Assembly (NCBI GenBank): GCA_050230475.1
Contig: JBFLGF010000010.1
Location: 62,001 to 117,657, forward strand
DNA length: 55,657 bases
From: Ancylonema sp.
Taxonomy: Eukaryota
Direction: 5' to 3'
Below are positions 23,801-36,600 of the stretch, piece after piece; within the stretch, counting starts at the first letter, position 1; each line of letters opens with the position of its first letter. The notes under the pieces were generated by a model, which did no database searches, was not told where the DNA came from, and saw only the letters and a list, made by a program, of their open reading frames with translations. The translations under genes and the position numbers were made by a program.

Positions 23801-24960
23801 CAACATAACTGCTCAATATGTATTAAATGGGGATTCCAATATTCCCGTTGGAACCACATCCTACAAATATGCAGCTTCTTGGCAAAATTCAGGTGAAAGT
23901 TTCAGATCTTTTATCTCATGCCAGTCAGTGAAGCCCCGGGCTCTGTCCAACACGCTTCTGGACCAAAAATTGGCTCCCCCAAAAGCCCAAGGGACTCACA
24001 GGGTGCCAGACACGTGCCTACTGAGGCTTCTGAATGCTGGTAACGGATCCGGCAGTCGCTGGTCCTCAGCAGAAGTTTTAAGGATTCCCAAACCGTGAGG
24101 CCCACATACTATGCACATTTTTCAGAGCCTCCTACTTTTGATGTGAGGACTCAAGTTTGCAGGACTCACCTGTGATAACTCCGGGTCATACTCGCAGTTG
24201 CGGTTGACATATGCGCTCACAGCGTGGTATGCGGCTGAGACATTCACTGGTTGAAGGCCCTTCTTGTGCAGCCAATCACACATGGGCTTCACCTTTTCCG
24301 AATGAGTATCCGGCACCGTTTTCCACACCTCACACCCTAGGAAGGACTTCTCGACACTGTAAATGATGACCAGACAGGGCGGAGGATGGTGTTGTTTGAA
24401 TCTCTGGGCAATTGCTCATGGCGGGTTTAGATCAGATGCGTGGCACAGGAAGGATACACACAACTATCAGGAACTTTTTACAGCGGATGCACCAATCAGT
24501 TCATCATTTGAATCTTCCATATCAGCATCGAAGCGTTCTTTCGACCTAGCAATACAGCCAGAAACCGGAGACTGACCTGCCAAAGGATCCGGTTTGCCTG
24601 AATTTGAAAAGAGTCAGGGCATCTTTCAGCTTCGCTGCATTGAATGCTACAGAGCATTGTGTGGTGGCCAGAAAGGAAGCGAATGCAAAAATGCAAAGGG
24701 CCCGGGAAGCATGCGATCCTGCTCCACAGAATCAGTAAACACTTAGTAAGAAAATAGGATTGAACCAAAGACGGTGAATATAACATTATTTTCTGACCAC
24801 GTTGTTCTCTGAAGACAAATGCCGAGCTACATTTCAAGTGACACCATGAGTATTTGGCGACACAAAACAAAAAGCGACTTTCAGCTCAAATCCCCTAAAT
24901 TTAGCTGGAATTCGGGTGCAGGTTAGAATACGTACCTGAGCATGACGCGGGCTTCGCCAT
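17360..24960 (-). CDS. RPN2: Ribophorin II (oligosaccharyltransferase subunit 2), multi-exon
   Basis: First exons 24960-24936, 24718-24577 (signal-peptide-like LCIFAFASFLATTQC), 24356-24170, 23547-23461 and 22747-22679. Conserved C-terminal block WDLGSVDL...EISHIFRVPEKRPP...ALLPLAGFLVG and FHGGIASVLLLYFQFWL. Last exon 17476-17360 MNLFFTLKTL...STPKLKVS* ends in a KxKxx ER-retrieval signal. Not all middle exon borders were resolved. Confidence 0.93.
17776..17861. repeat. (GAT)n microsatellite in the last RPN2 intron
   Basis: Directly visible. Confidence 0.95.
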
Positions 24961-26399
24961 GGCGATCCGTGAGGGTATTTTCACCACGCCTCGTCAGCAC
25001 CAGAACAACTGAGATCTTCTTAGCGGTACCCTGCTCCAGTCCATGTACCGTAACTGGGCACCAAACCTCACCTCAACTAATTTACCCGAAGGGTGGAGAT
25101 AAGTTGGAGGCAAGGGACCCGTCCGTGCACACCGTGCGGTTAACGGAACTTTATTTCTCGGGTGGGCACCCCTAATAACCAGCCTGTTCTTAGGCCCTCG
25201 TTATCTCTTAGTTGATGACGTCAATAATGACGCATCCTTCATTAGCTCTTAACCCGAGAGAGTTGATAATTGTTTTTTGAGGTATCCACCACCTGCTTAA
25301 GAGTATTGAAAGATTAATTAGTCTTTTCATCAAAGGTGAGAGGAAAAGAGAGCCAAGAGTCGAATCAATCCCAAGGTGTCATAGACGTGGGGGAGTCTGC
25401 CCCGGTCATCTAGAAGTTGGTTGTACCCCTCATGAGTAGGGCCCCAAAGTAGAAGACAATGTTAGTGAGATAACGAGATAGGTGTTAGGTGAATCATAGT
25501 GCGCATGGTGTTGACGAAGGCATACGGTGTGCCAGACAGGCCGGAGAACTTAATATCAACCTGGATGACCATGTCTTGAGAGGCTTGGGGGGGTGGTTGG
25601 TGAAAGGGAAGAGGGAGGGGCAGAATGTAAACCGGTTCAGAGTCTAATTGTTGCTCCATCCCTTGTTGTTTGTCATGAAGCTTCTTAGTTCGTGAAATAA
25701 ATGAGCGATTGTCTCATCTTGTTTAACGAGATCTTACGACCCTCTCCAACTGTATGAATGTCAATGTGTCTTAAAAAATGTTGCATTAGATCCATGGTGT
25801 GGAAAGAGAATCGGTGGCAAGGAAAGGGTTTAACACAAAATGACCGGCTAAATCAAAACCGCAATTGTTTATTCCCATCAAAGTGTTAGAGGCGTATGGC
25901 AAGACGACTCTAGCAATGTAGATTGCAAGTGCACTTGATGGATAGATGGCAATGAGCCGAATGAACAAAGAAGTCGGAGGGCCATATGGTTGGTCTATGA
26001 GTCTAGATAGACACACAAAAAATATTGCAAGTACATGAGTTGATAGGATTGCTCTCAATGCATTTCTATCGGCTAGATATAGATACTCAACACAAGTCAA
26101 CTCAATACTAAAAGTGGGGTAATTCACTCAAGCTACAGGCACAACACATTAAAGGTGATGGCACAACTGGCGCCAACTAATGACACACCAAGAATCCTAA
26201 GAGGCACAAAGTGAATGCTAGGGACAAGTAACCCATTATAAGAACAACGGCGCTAGTAGCGCTCTAGTGCTAAGTGTGGGAGCCTCGCTAAGGAACACTA
26301 TTGACTTCAGCAAGGGTCCTAACACAAGGAAGACCACTCCGTGATGCCGTACCAATCGACCCATCCTACACGGCTCGCTTACAACCAAAACTACTTCAA

Positions 26400-27340
26400 G
26401 ATGGACTACATGTATGAGAACCATTTAAAGGCATAAGTTGTCGTGGAGACATCATGCACGTCGAGACCGGAAACGATATCGGAACTTGTATACACATTGA
26501 CATCGACCAAGATGCACAAGACGTGACACGAGCAACTTTGCCCAAGTTAGAAGTTCGTTACCCGGGACAATTTTCTACTAATGCACTGAAAGGATTCGTC
26601 ACTCGTTTATCTAACGGCATCTCCAACATTTTCAACGACGATTTGAATTTGCTCATCTAGCAACGAGGACCTATCGATTCTATTTTTGCAGACTAGGAAT
26701 GTCAATTGATGAGCAAAGTAGGAGAAGAAAAGGGATACGACGACCGACATTTTCCCTACATCTTCCATCTGATACGAGTCATAAACCACCTCATCAAGGT
26801 TCAGAAATACCCACCCGTATTCATTTTGGAAAACACTTATCCTTTTGGTGATTTGATCATGGGAATTCGAGATACCACCACTCTCATAAAGTATTTTCTA
26901 GGTTTTCCAACCGTTGCTGATGCATGGAGGTTTGGTGGCACGGCTCATCGAGTACGATGCATGTGGATCAATTGGATTTCACCCAACATACGTGAGCTAC
27001 CCATTCCGGATACACCGGACCTACCACCACTTTCCACATCTTGAAACCACCACACCACTAACCAAACACGGTTATCTAGGATGATCAACCTCCTTTCACG
27101 ATTTTCAAAAGCGTTGGACAAATACGCCGAGCGTTACCAACTCTCGTGTCCTACCCCGGAAGGTTCTAAGTCACATATCAAGAGTACAACATACCCGGAC
27201 CAGGAATGCTTTGCAATACGGATACTCGACATTGGGAAGAAGCATATGTATGGGAACGGGAACGCCTCATAGGGTTGGAGAATGATGCTACATGCGCACC
27301 CGGCATTGCATAAGATCAACGCAAATTTATACTAGAACAC
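26400..27340 (+). pseudogene. Cytosine-5 DNA methyltransferase domain (DNMT3-like, probably retrotransposon-borne), disrupted
   Basis: Motifs in order: I GLHV*EPFKGISC; II IHIDID; IV GPIDSIFAD*ECQLMSKVG (catalytic Cys TGT at 26700-26702); VI VFILENT; VIII DAWRFGGTAHRVRCMWIN; IX/X WERERLIG...T...DQRKFIL. Several stops and one frameshift near 27050. Confidence 0.8.
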
Positions 27341-28842
27341 GTGACGTGCCAGATGGAGTCGGCAGACAACACGTCGACGAAATCTCTCAAAAACAAAGAA
27401 ACCGACGGGTTTTTGAAAAATCTGCAAAAACATGACTTTTTATATTTTTCTTCGTCGATAAAAATGACGGATGATACTTGATGACTCGGTTGCTTGTCTG
27501 GATGAGCAGCATCAGGATTGGACTTCGGTTCATCATCTAGATCTCACTCCTACTGACAATACAAGAATGTAATTGAGGTACTATATGTGACTTATCAACG
27601 AAGTTTGCCGTAGCTACTACTCGCCGAAAGCTAAGACGCACTCAACGCGTAGTCTTCAGAGGTCTTAAAAACAACACTAAGGTTAATCAGGAATCGGAGA
27701 TTACAGTACTTCACAACAGGTCACAGCTACTGGTAATAGGACTCAAGGCAAATAGCTATAGAATTTCTACAAGGGTTGCAGAATGATGGATGAGTGGTTC
27801 CGTCATGATACACACGCAATATTGGTTACGATAATCAAGCGTGTCGTGAATGAATCGATTCATTAGATCGGGAACGGGTGCAGGCAATTCAAAGGGTGAA
27901 TTGTCTGGCTGAGCTCGCACGAAACGGTGCAGCGAATATGTAACAATTTCTAACGTCAGCAAAACGGTTTGCAATCAAAGACTTGCAAAGGTCACGATGT
28001 TGCAAGGGTAACGATAATTATGGCTACGGCAGAATTTCACACGATGCGTATTCAAAACGGCACACGGCTTTTCAATTACTTGAGATGCGACTGCACGCAC
28101 AAGCAAACGAGTAATTTCGCAAAATTTACGGCTGAATGAAACGACGCGAAGTTTGTAGAAAATCACAGAGAATGTCAAAGGCGAAACGGCACACTAGATA
28201 ACGATAGTAAACGATTTCAAAATACACGAATTCACAGAGAGTGCAACAGGATGACGATTGCAATGAGCTTGCTGAAATTCAGACAGCGTAAACTGACATC
28301 GGAAGCTGGTAGAAAGTGACTTAGGCTTTAGTACAATCGACGCGTCGTTTCGCACGCGGAGTAATCCAGATCTTATCTAGATCTAAGGCTGAAAACAAAT
28401 ATCGACTAGACAGCTAATCGTGACTGTCTATTCTGGAGTTCTAGATTTTACACGTATGGCAGCTCACTAGCCAGGCTGGCTGACTGAAACAAAGCTCGGC
28501 GCGCACTGGGAATCTACTAACTCGTCGATACGACAAAATACTCTGAATTGAAATCTAAAAAGTGGTACACCTACTTTTCTAGATTCACTGACTATAACAA
28601 CATTATCAAGCGTCTGGTTGACCGAAACTCATATAACGACAGAGCTCGATATAACGACTAAAAATCGACAAGTGCCAAAATTGCTAGTTTTCAAGCGGAT
28701 CGACGACTAAAAAGATTTTACCTTCTAAAGATCTCTAGCGGCATGACACACGCACGATGGACCGAAATATGGCTAAATGGTTAGGAGGTATACTCATGGC
28801 GGTACACGCATTATTCTCCTATAGCATAGTGACGTACATGTG

Positions 28843-29739
28843 ACAATTGGTGACGTCACACCGTACAATCACACGTACGGCTAGTAAGTGCACACTCATG
28901 CGGACACATGCGGCCACGTGCGGATGGATATCCGTCCACGTACCGCACACCATAGAAGCACACAGCCCAACTAGCTACGTGCATCACATCACACTACTTC
29001 ACACACACACACACGCATGCCTAGCAAGACAACTAGCATGCAATTTGGGTTTACTACTATCCAAGGCACGGAAAGGCGTTGGGTGCCTAGACGCGCTGTA
29101 GGCTAGCGGCCTATCGGGCTATATTGGTCTTCTAGCCAATAAGCTACGCTACGCAGCGCTACGATGCGACGCAAGATAACCATGCACATGTGCGAAGAAA
29201 CATAGATGTTCCGGAAAGCTATCTAGGAAACTAGCCATTATAAGCTACTTCCAGAGTATATATAGTGCAAAGGGTGAGGCACCCCCCGCACGTGTGACAT
29301 CCGGCGCCAAACTCAGTACGTAAGCTTTACGAGAAAATCTCTAGCGGCCAATCAGAATGCACGGTTAGCGGAGGGTCATCCGTCTTACGGCCCCGCGTTA
29401 CAAGGGTGACATGTAACGTACTACAACGAATGGCATATTGCCCCGGCTAAGGCGGCGAGCCAGTGACCTATCGGCTATAACGGGGGCAAATCCGGTATAA
29501 GCTACCGATACCTAGCGCTACGACAACTGACGTACAAATAACAATCGGTGACGTCACACCGTACAATCACACGTATTTACACGCTACAAAGACACATGCG
29601 GACACGAGCGGATAGAATTCCGTCCACGTACCGTACACCATAGAAGCACACAACACAAATAGCTACGTGCATCACATCACACCACACCACGCACACACAC
29701 GTATGACTAGCAAGACAAGTAGCATGCAATTTGGTGTCA
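28843..29739 (-). mobile_element. 3' LTR region of a Gypsy element with an internal ~200-bp duplication
   Basis: On the minus strand the PPT gggggggggag (29740-29750) is followed by TGACA. Direct repeats at 28843-29048 and 29541-29734. The left LTR boundary was not determined. Confidence 0.65.
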
Positions 29740-29756
29740 CTCCCCCCCCCAAGCTC

Positions 29757-30420
29757 TTAGTTGAGATCAGCGAAGCCAGAGGTTGGCAACTCAAAGGCTA
29801 CACCACAAGTGCCCCACCCCAAAGTTCCACCACCCCCACAACATAACAAGCAACTTAGTGATAAGAACTTCCCCCAGCCCCTAATGAAATGTCTCGCAAC
29901 GGCGGGGTGTGACACTAGATGTGAAGGCCATTTTGACACTTGTCACACAAAAAAATAGACTCCTCTTTCTTGCGACTGCCACACTCCAAGCAGTTAGCGG
30001 ATCCCCTGAAGTAGTGCTCCGGGTAGATCTTCTTGTCTATGATGGGAAGGGGGTAAGGGGGCACATTCTTGACTTGCTCCTCGATCGTGGTTGCATCTTG
30101 CCCATGCAACACCACCACCCCAAAGCTCTTCTTACCACCTGCAAGATATGGGGTCAGTTTGGCACGTCGAGCGTCCTTTTCAAGGACCGTGACGCCCGAG
30201 GCGCCCGAAAAATAGTAAGGGTTGTATCTGAGGGCGCTCTGCTAGGTCATTTGGTATCTCATGACAACGCAGGGAAGAAATAATCCAGTCCTGGTCTGTG
30301 GAACAACGCTCTAGGACAAACTTGCGCAGGCTCGCCTTCATGGTTTGGACGAGGCGCTCAGCTAACCCGTGAGCTTGGGGGTGCTCCCTACTAGCCAGCG
30401 TGTTAGGACCCTCGCTACAC
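29757..30420 (-). mobile_element. Gypsy integrase C-terminal remnant followed by a PHD finger
   Basis: SREHPQAHGLAERLVQTMKASLRK (integrase core E region). CLECGSRKKEESIFLCDKCQNGLHI*CHTPPL (PHD-type C-C-C-C-H-C). Confidence 0.8.
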
Positions 30421-32049
30421 TCACTAGGGCTCGTTGGCGAGGTTCCCACATTTAGCGGTAGAGCGCGTCTAGAGAATATTTCCCTATAGCGAGTTTTCCC
30501 CCTTTAGAGTGAGACTTGTGTCCCTAGCGGCCGCCGGGCCCATAGGGAGTATTCTGTTGTGTCCTTAGCCAAGGCAGTTGTGCCTTTAGCAAGATTCTGT
30601 TGTGTACTTAGCCACCTTTGACTTAGTTATCCCACGTTGTTCCTAAAGTCGGGTAGGGCCGACTTTCCTATATCTAGCCGATAGGAATGCCACTAGAGCA
30701 TTCCTATCAACTCATATACTTGCACCATTCATGTGCCTATCATACAACCAAACTATCAACCATCGGGTCATTTCGTCAACCTTCATTGTCTCATTTCGCC
30801 ATCCTATGGTGTGTGCACTTGCAACTTAGTTTGCTAGGGGCTCATTGCATTCCGCCCCCGCACTGGTGTGGCACCCCTCAAGCACTCCTTTGACGTCCTG
30901 CCCCATGCCCTCCAACTAGTACCCCATGCCCTCCAACTAGTAGGCCTTGTGGACCCGCGGCTCACGAAAGTGGCCCAGATCCCTGTGGACGCGTATGATG
31001 ATGGGTAGACGCTCGTAAAGGGGGGAAACGATCAGCAACGCCCCCCCTGGGAACCCCGGTAAATGTGGTCCCCTAGCCACTTGTACCCAAGGGCCCGCCT
31101 GTACGCCATGTCTTTGGCTCTAACGGTCGCACCAGCAGCATGGCGGCGATGCTTCAGCATGTCTAGAAGCGGCTAGTCACCCTAGATATCAACTATTGGT
31201 GTGGATAGAACAGAGGACGAGGAAGGAAGGGAAGAGGACGGGGGAGGACCGTGGGATAGTGGGAGCAACAGGTGCTGGCTGGTAGAAGGCGAAAGAGGTG
31301 GCACGGGCACTACAAAAGTCATCAGCCCCTTCGCCAGCCACCCCCTGAGCGGCACTCCAAAACAAATATGAACTTTACTATATAGAAAGTAGAGGGAAGT
31401 ATCTGCAATAGTAAGCGGCCACGTTTTTCTCCCCTGGCATGTGCTTGTTGTCTTCCTCTTAGAGAAGGTGGGACCACCACACGAGCCTCCCCGTGATCTT
31501 GGAGGTAGTCATCATCCACTTGAGCGCGGCGTGTTCTGTTACGACCGTCGCCGTACCGTGCTTTCAACGACTTCACAACCGGGCCATAAAAGGCACAATG
31601 CCCAAGATGGGACTTGGACATCACAGATACAATATATACCGAGATGCCGCTCCTTGACATGTTTAGTGAGGAGGAGGAACTTGGAGCCGATCACGTGATG
31701 CCGGATATGCTAGACAACCCATACTCCGGCCAACGACTCCACGTCGTAGCTGCTCTAGTTGCGCTCAGCGGCATTGCAACTCTTGGAGGCGTACGCCACC
31801 ACCGACTCTCTCTTCTCCTCCTCCTCCAGTTGGCTTAGAACGCCCCCCACCCCGTTTTGGCTCAAGCCAGTGTGCAGTCGGAAGGGCTTGGCATAGTCGG
31901 GACGAGTCTAACTCAAGGAAGTCAGGCGAAGACAACAAAACACCGCAAGTTGTAACGTTGGCGAAAGGATGCAAGAATGCACAATGCACAATGCACAATT
32001 GTATTCACAATCACAATACACAATAATTGGCGCACTCTGACAATGGAAG

Positions 32050-33830
32050 CTGGCAGATATAGAAGTACAATGGTCCTTCTCTTAAAAGTTGTTGCGTGGT
32101 GCTAACCGGCAAGTTCTATCTATATTTAAACTATCGATTGGCTCACAATTCGGCACGCTGGCTTCTAGATCTTTCAACTCAACATCGATGCTACGATGAA
32201 AAGCACCAAATATCACATTTTGATTTACGACTGGATTATCCGTTGGGAATATCGACATGTGGATATTCCATAGTCGAAAATACAAAAGGCACACTAAGCG
32301 CTACAGTGTCGACACGCAGCTATTGGATTATAGACTTCGGAAAATACGCCACAAGTTATTTTTCAAGTCGTACACAATTTTGGTACTTCACTCATTTCTC
32401 AAAAAGAACTAATTCTAAACATTGCTATATCGAATACTCTCGTTACAGAGAAGTATTACTGTACCAGCCAAAGATAATGCGCCATAAAAAAGGAAAATTA
32501 ATTATCAGAAGTAGGCTCCAAACAATTGCGCCAACTATCTATTTATTAATTAGTCCGCGCCAAACGTGTGCGCCAGGCAAATTTCGAACTAACAATTTTC
32601 AACAGGGCCAGGTGTTTGGATTTTTTTGTATTTAAATTTTGTACTGCGCCAATTTTTTGTCGATTTTATTAATTTGTATGCGGAAAAGGTATGCGCCAGC
32701 GTGTTTAAAACGATTATTTTAGTACGCGCCAAAAACGCGTGCGCCGAGCAATATGGTAATTATTTTTTGGCGCGTTATCTCTGGCTGGTACGGTAATCCA
32801 GGAGGTTTTCATAATAACATAGGGGTATCGCCTTAGCGATCTCCAACGTCATGATAGTAATGTAAAAGGAGAGAATGTGGACGCCTACCTCTTGAAAAAG
32901 AAGGATGCGCCAAATATCTGAAGCATGGATAGAAAGAATGTCAATGATTATGGCGAAATATTCGATGTCATTATGACGGGGTGATATTTACCTAGAATTA
33001 TGTGATATTTTCCTCCATCACCGAACGTCTCTCGAAAAAATTGTAAAACTATCACTATCGAGGCAACTGGGCAATCGATGCGCGCGTGAAAATTGCATGC
33101 GGGGACTTCTTCGCACGTGCAATATTTCGGAATTACTAGCAATACATACTCAGCCGGAAATTGGCTTTAAAGATTTCAAGTTGATGAAGATTACACAAAG
33201 TTGTTGAAATTGTTGAATTTCACACAGCGTAAACTCGCAGCGGAAGGTGACAGTTATGAAATCGACTTTGGCTTTTGGATAATTGACGCGGCTTTTCGCA
33301 CGCGGATCTTATCTAGATTTCAAGGCCGCAAATTTTTACTTAGTCGCTCAAATTGGCGGACCGGGGTTCTGAGATCCCTATGCCGGACCGAGGTCCATCT
33401 TTCTAGGTGATAATGACCAGACGAGTAGTAGTAGGATACTTGAGGTTTTTCTTTCCGGATTTTTAAAAATTCCGGAGAAATCTATTTTGTTTATCTTTTT
33501 GTGCATTGTGAAAAAATGTTTTTTGAACACCTTCAAATTCCCCGACATGTCCATTTCTGCCCGAAAATTACCAGGGAAAATAAAATCTCATAAAGATCCC
33601 CGGTCTGACTCCGGACCCGATCCGACTCTGGTACGAAAAACCAATCTTGCTTGTGGCTGAATTGATATCGATTGAACAAGAGATCTCGACTTTTTTATTA
33701 TAGATTATATCTTAGGCACGTAATCACAACTCACTTGATTGGTTGTAATCATGGAATTAATGTGGCGCACGCTAAGAAAAGTCAAACTCGTCGATACACT
33801 AGAATACGCGACATGAAATTATGAAGGTTT
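32050..33830 (-). repeat. Dispersed repeat family (probable long LTR/non-coding retroelement sequence), related to ~28280-28660 and ~53900-54150
   Basis: Shared strings such as taacgagagtattcgatata, tggcgtattttccgaagtcta, cgcacgcgga..tcttatctagat and cagcgtaaact. Boundaries are approximate. Confidence 0.6.
32459..32793. mobile_element. Tc1/mariner-type MITE with TA TSD
   Basis: TA-CTGTACCAGCCAAAGATAATGCGCCA ... TGGCGCGTTATCTCTGGCTGGTACGG-TA, with internal gcgcca repeats. The empty site is present in the paralogous repeat at 54009-54010. Confidence 0.9.
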
Positions 33831-36036
33831 CAGACTTGGGGTGCAATTGACGGAATCACCATGTCCAGTTGGATTGAAGCTGCGCCGCAATGGGAGCATC
33901 GACGATTCCTGGCCATGTGCGAACCCGCTATACGCGGAAAACCTAGATCCTGAAATAAGTTTGATGATGAGAAGGTGAACATCTACCTTAGAAAAGGTTA
34001 TAAAGGCGTTTCCTTCATTTGTTATTGAACTCCGATGTGAAAGTTTATGAACGATGCCCTATTTTGGGAATAGAACACACGGTTGAGCATTTCAATGTTA
34101 GTAGCGTTACCCAAGGATCCCTTAAGAAACCGGCCAGACGTTGCTCTTGGTTTCCATGAAGTGATATCGTCAAGGTACAAAGCATATACAAAATCATATC
34201 TAAAATGAACGAGCGGTTTCCATGCAAGTCATTCAAATGGATCCCATTCAATAAAAAACAAGACAAACGCATGGACGCCAACATTTTGCTATGAAAAGAG
34301 AAGAACAACAAAGAACAATCAACGAGAATCAGACTCTCAACCCCAAGTACTTAACAACCTCCCTCACCACAAATGTCCGCTCTTTTTCAGCATATTACAA
34401 CCACCAATACGTTGAGAGGCTCGTGCAACTCTACATTGACGAGTATGCATCTAACGGTCTAGTGCACATGATTTTAAATTGTCAAAAATCACTTTCTCCC
34501 TTCTCCTGTGCACATGAGAGAGATCCACAACTTCAAAATGATGTGAGACTTTTTAAAGCATATGGAATCGATTGATTCTCATCGCGCCAATAAACGCACC
34601 GAGCCGATCAAGCTGGGCATCAGAATCGCCAGTGGTTAGTTGCCCGTAGTGAGTGAGGAGTCTAATCACTTATGCAACCAAGATATCAGGAAAGGGGATG
34701 AGATGACGGAAATGAAATAAGTGAATAATGCTACACTACTTCAAAATTGCACTCACCAGGTTCAGTCGCTCGTAGTAGTTCCACTTTGGTGTGTGGAGGG
34801 TGGTCTGGCACTGGGCGTGGCCAGATCAAAGGGCTGTTCATATGCATCACCCCATGTCTCGCTCTTGTACCGGATAAGATGAGGTTGCGTAGTCATGCTG
34901 GGTGGGTGATGCGATGTCATTTCCCTGTTTTCTCATTCCAAGGAGAGCCAATGGGATATCCAATGAGACTTACTTCTCGTCGATTGTCCGCTGCACAAGC
35001 TCTAGTATCCTTAGTACTTTCGCCTGCTGCAACTTCACTTTTTGAAGTGATTGGCTGTAGTGCCGCGATCAGATCAGGTCGCGAGACACCATGTTGAGGG
35101 ATATTACTCATAAGAGGGGACTCGTCCGCTATAAAACGGAATGCCTCACCCATTCGTTGGACATTTGGAAGTACCACCGGCGGTACCATCTGTGTGCCAT
35201 CGGCTGGGTTATCTGCATCGAATCGGACAAGAAAAGGGACCATCCACTCGTGAGCATTTTAGACTGTAGGAAGTCACGGCATAACCTTTTAGGCCCTTAA
35301 TAGTTCAGTATCACGTTGTAACCGGATTATAAACTAATACCCTTTATAATTTTAACGCCCATGGCCGCGCGTCGCGCGCGAGATCTGCGAATGCGCGTGG
35401 CTTGGGGAACGCGTACGCCAAAAACCCGGGTATTGGAAAGCTGGGGGGGGGCTTTCGCCCCCGGTCGATAATTTTGACGGCGTTAAAATAAGTTATGGCC
35501 TTTGAGAACCGTAGCCCGAGATCCCTGATATCCCGGAAGTCGGGGATATCCCGGATATCGGCTTCTGTAACTACTCTGGATTTTTAGGCCCTGGAAATTT
35601 TACCGTGATTAATAAGTTTAAAAATACAATAATTACATATCATACATCATTTCTGGGTCAAAATTCAACGCTGATCACAAAGGTCGAGTTAGAAATAAAA
35701 AATTAGGAATATTTAACCTAATTTTAGGTTATGATAATTATCGTCATGTTATCGTCACGGATTGTTTACATGAAACATCCGGAAACTGATAGTTGTTGTA
35801 ATTCTGACGTACACCAATCAAGGTAGTTCACGTTGACATAAAACGAGTAGTAAAATATTATTGAATAGGCAATAGACAAAACAAAAGCTCATACATAATT
35901 TGTTATTTTTGTTGCAAGAGCGACACATGTGGAAAAGTAATTATTATGAATTGGTTTGTTTTGCATCAATCCATTTGAAGGAAATGGTTTGTTTTCCACA
36001 CCTCAACGGAACCCCAAGAAAATCCGGGAACACATA

Positions 36037-36600
36037 CAGTAAAACCTGTCTTAATTAATAATGTCGGGACCGGAAAATATTAGTAATTAAGGCACGATAA
36101 TACCGGATCGGTGTTAAATGACCTAAAACCAATTTCTATGTGAATACGAGGGGCAACGGGCTGATATCCAGGTCGGAACCAACCCAAACGTGTATTTCCA
36201 CCTAGTCATGATCATAATCATAATGATATAAACGGAGTTCTAACACGAGTCAACCCTCCATGTTTTGATTCCGCAATACTCTACAATCTAACCCCTTTTT
36301 TTAATCAGATTTCGATTTTTAAAAATAAAATTCCGGTTTTTTTTTGGTTCATTTGTTTAATCCCCCCTCCCCCACATTTTAAGCCTCAATTCGTAAAACA
36401 TTTCGTATGAATACGTACGGATTCCGTACATTATTAATTAGCACGTCAATTACCATTCAGGCGGGATCGGGAAAAATTATTAGTTATCACGTTGGAGAGG
36501 TTTGTTAATAATTACACTCGCCCAAGGTCGGGACCGGAATATTTTATCAATTCAGACAGGTTACTAATAAAGGCAGTGTTAATTAAGACAGGTTTTACTG
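36037..36600. mobile_element. pogo-like MITE with TA TSD
   Basis: TA-CAGTAAAACCTGTCTTAATTAA ... TTAATTAAGACAGGTTTTACTG-TA, a perfect 22-bp TIR. Confidence 0.92.

Noticed and set aside
26400..27340. Bacterial restriction-modification system or contamination
   Set aside because: There is no cognate endonuclease or operon context, the domain is flanked by eukaryotic genes and LTR-type debris, and it is decayed in the same way as neighbouring transposons.
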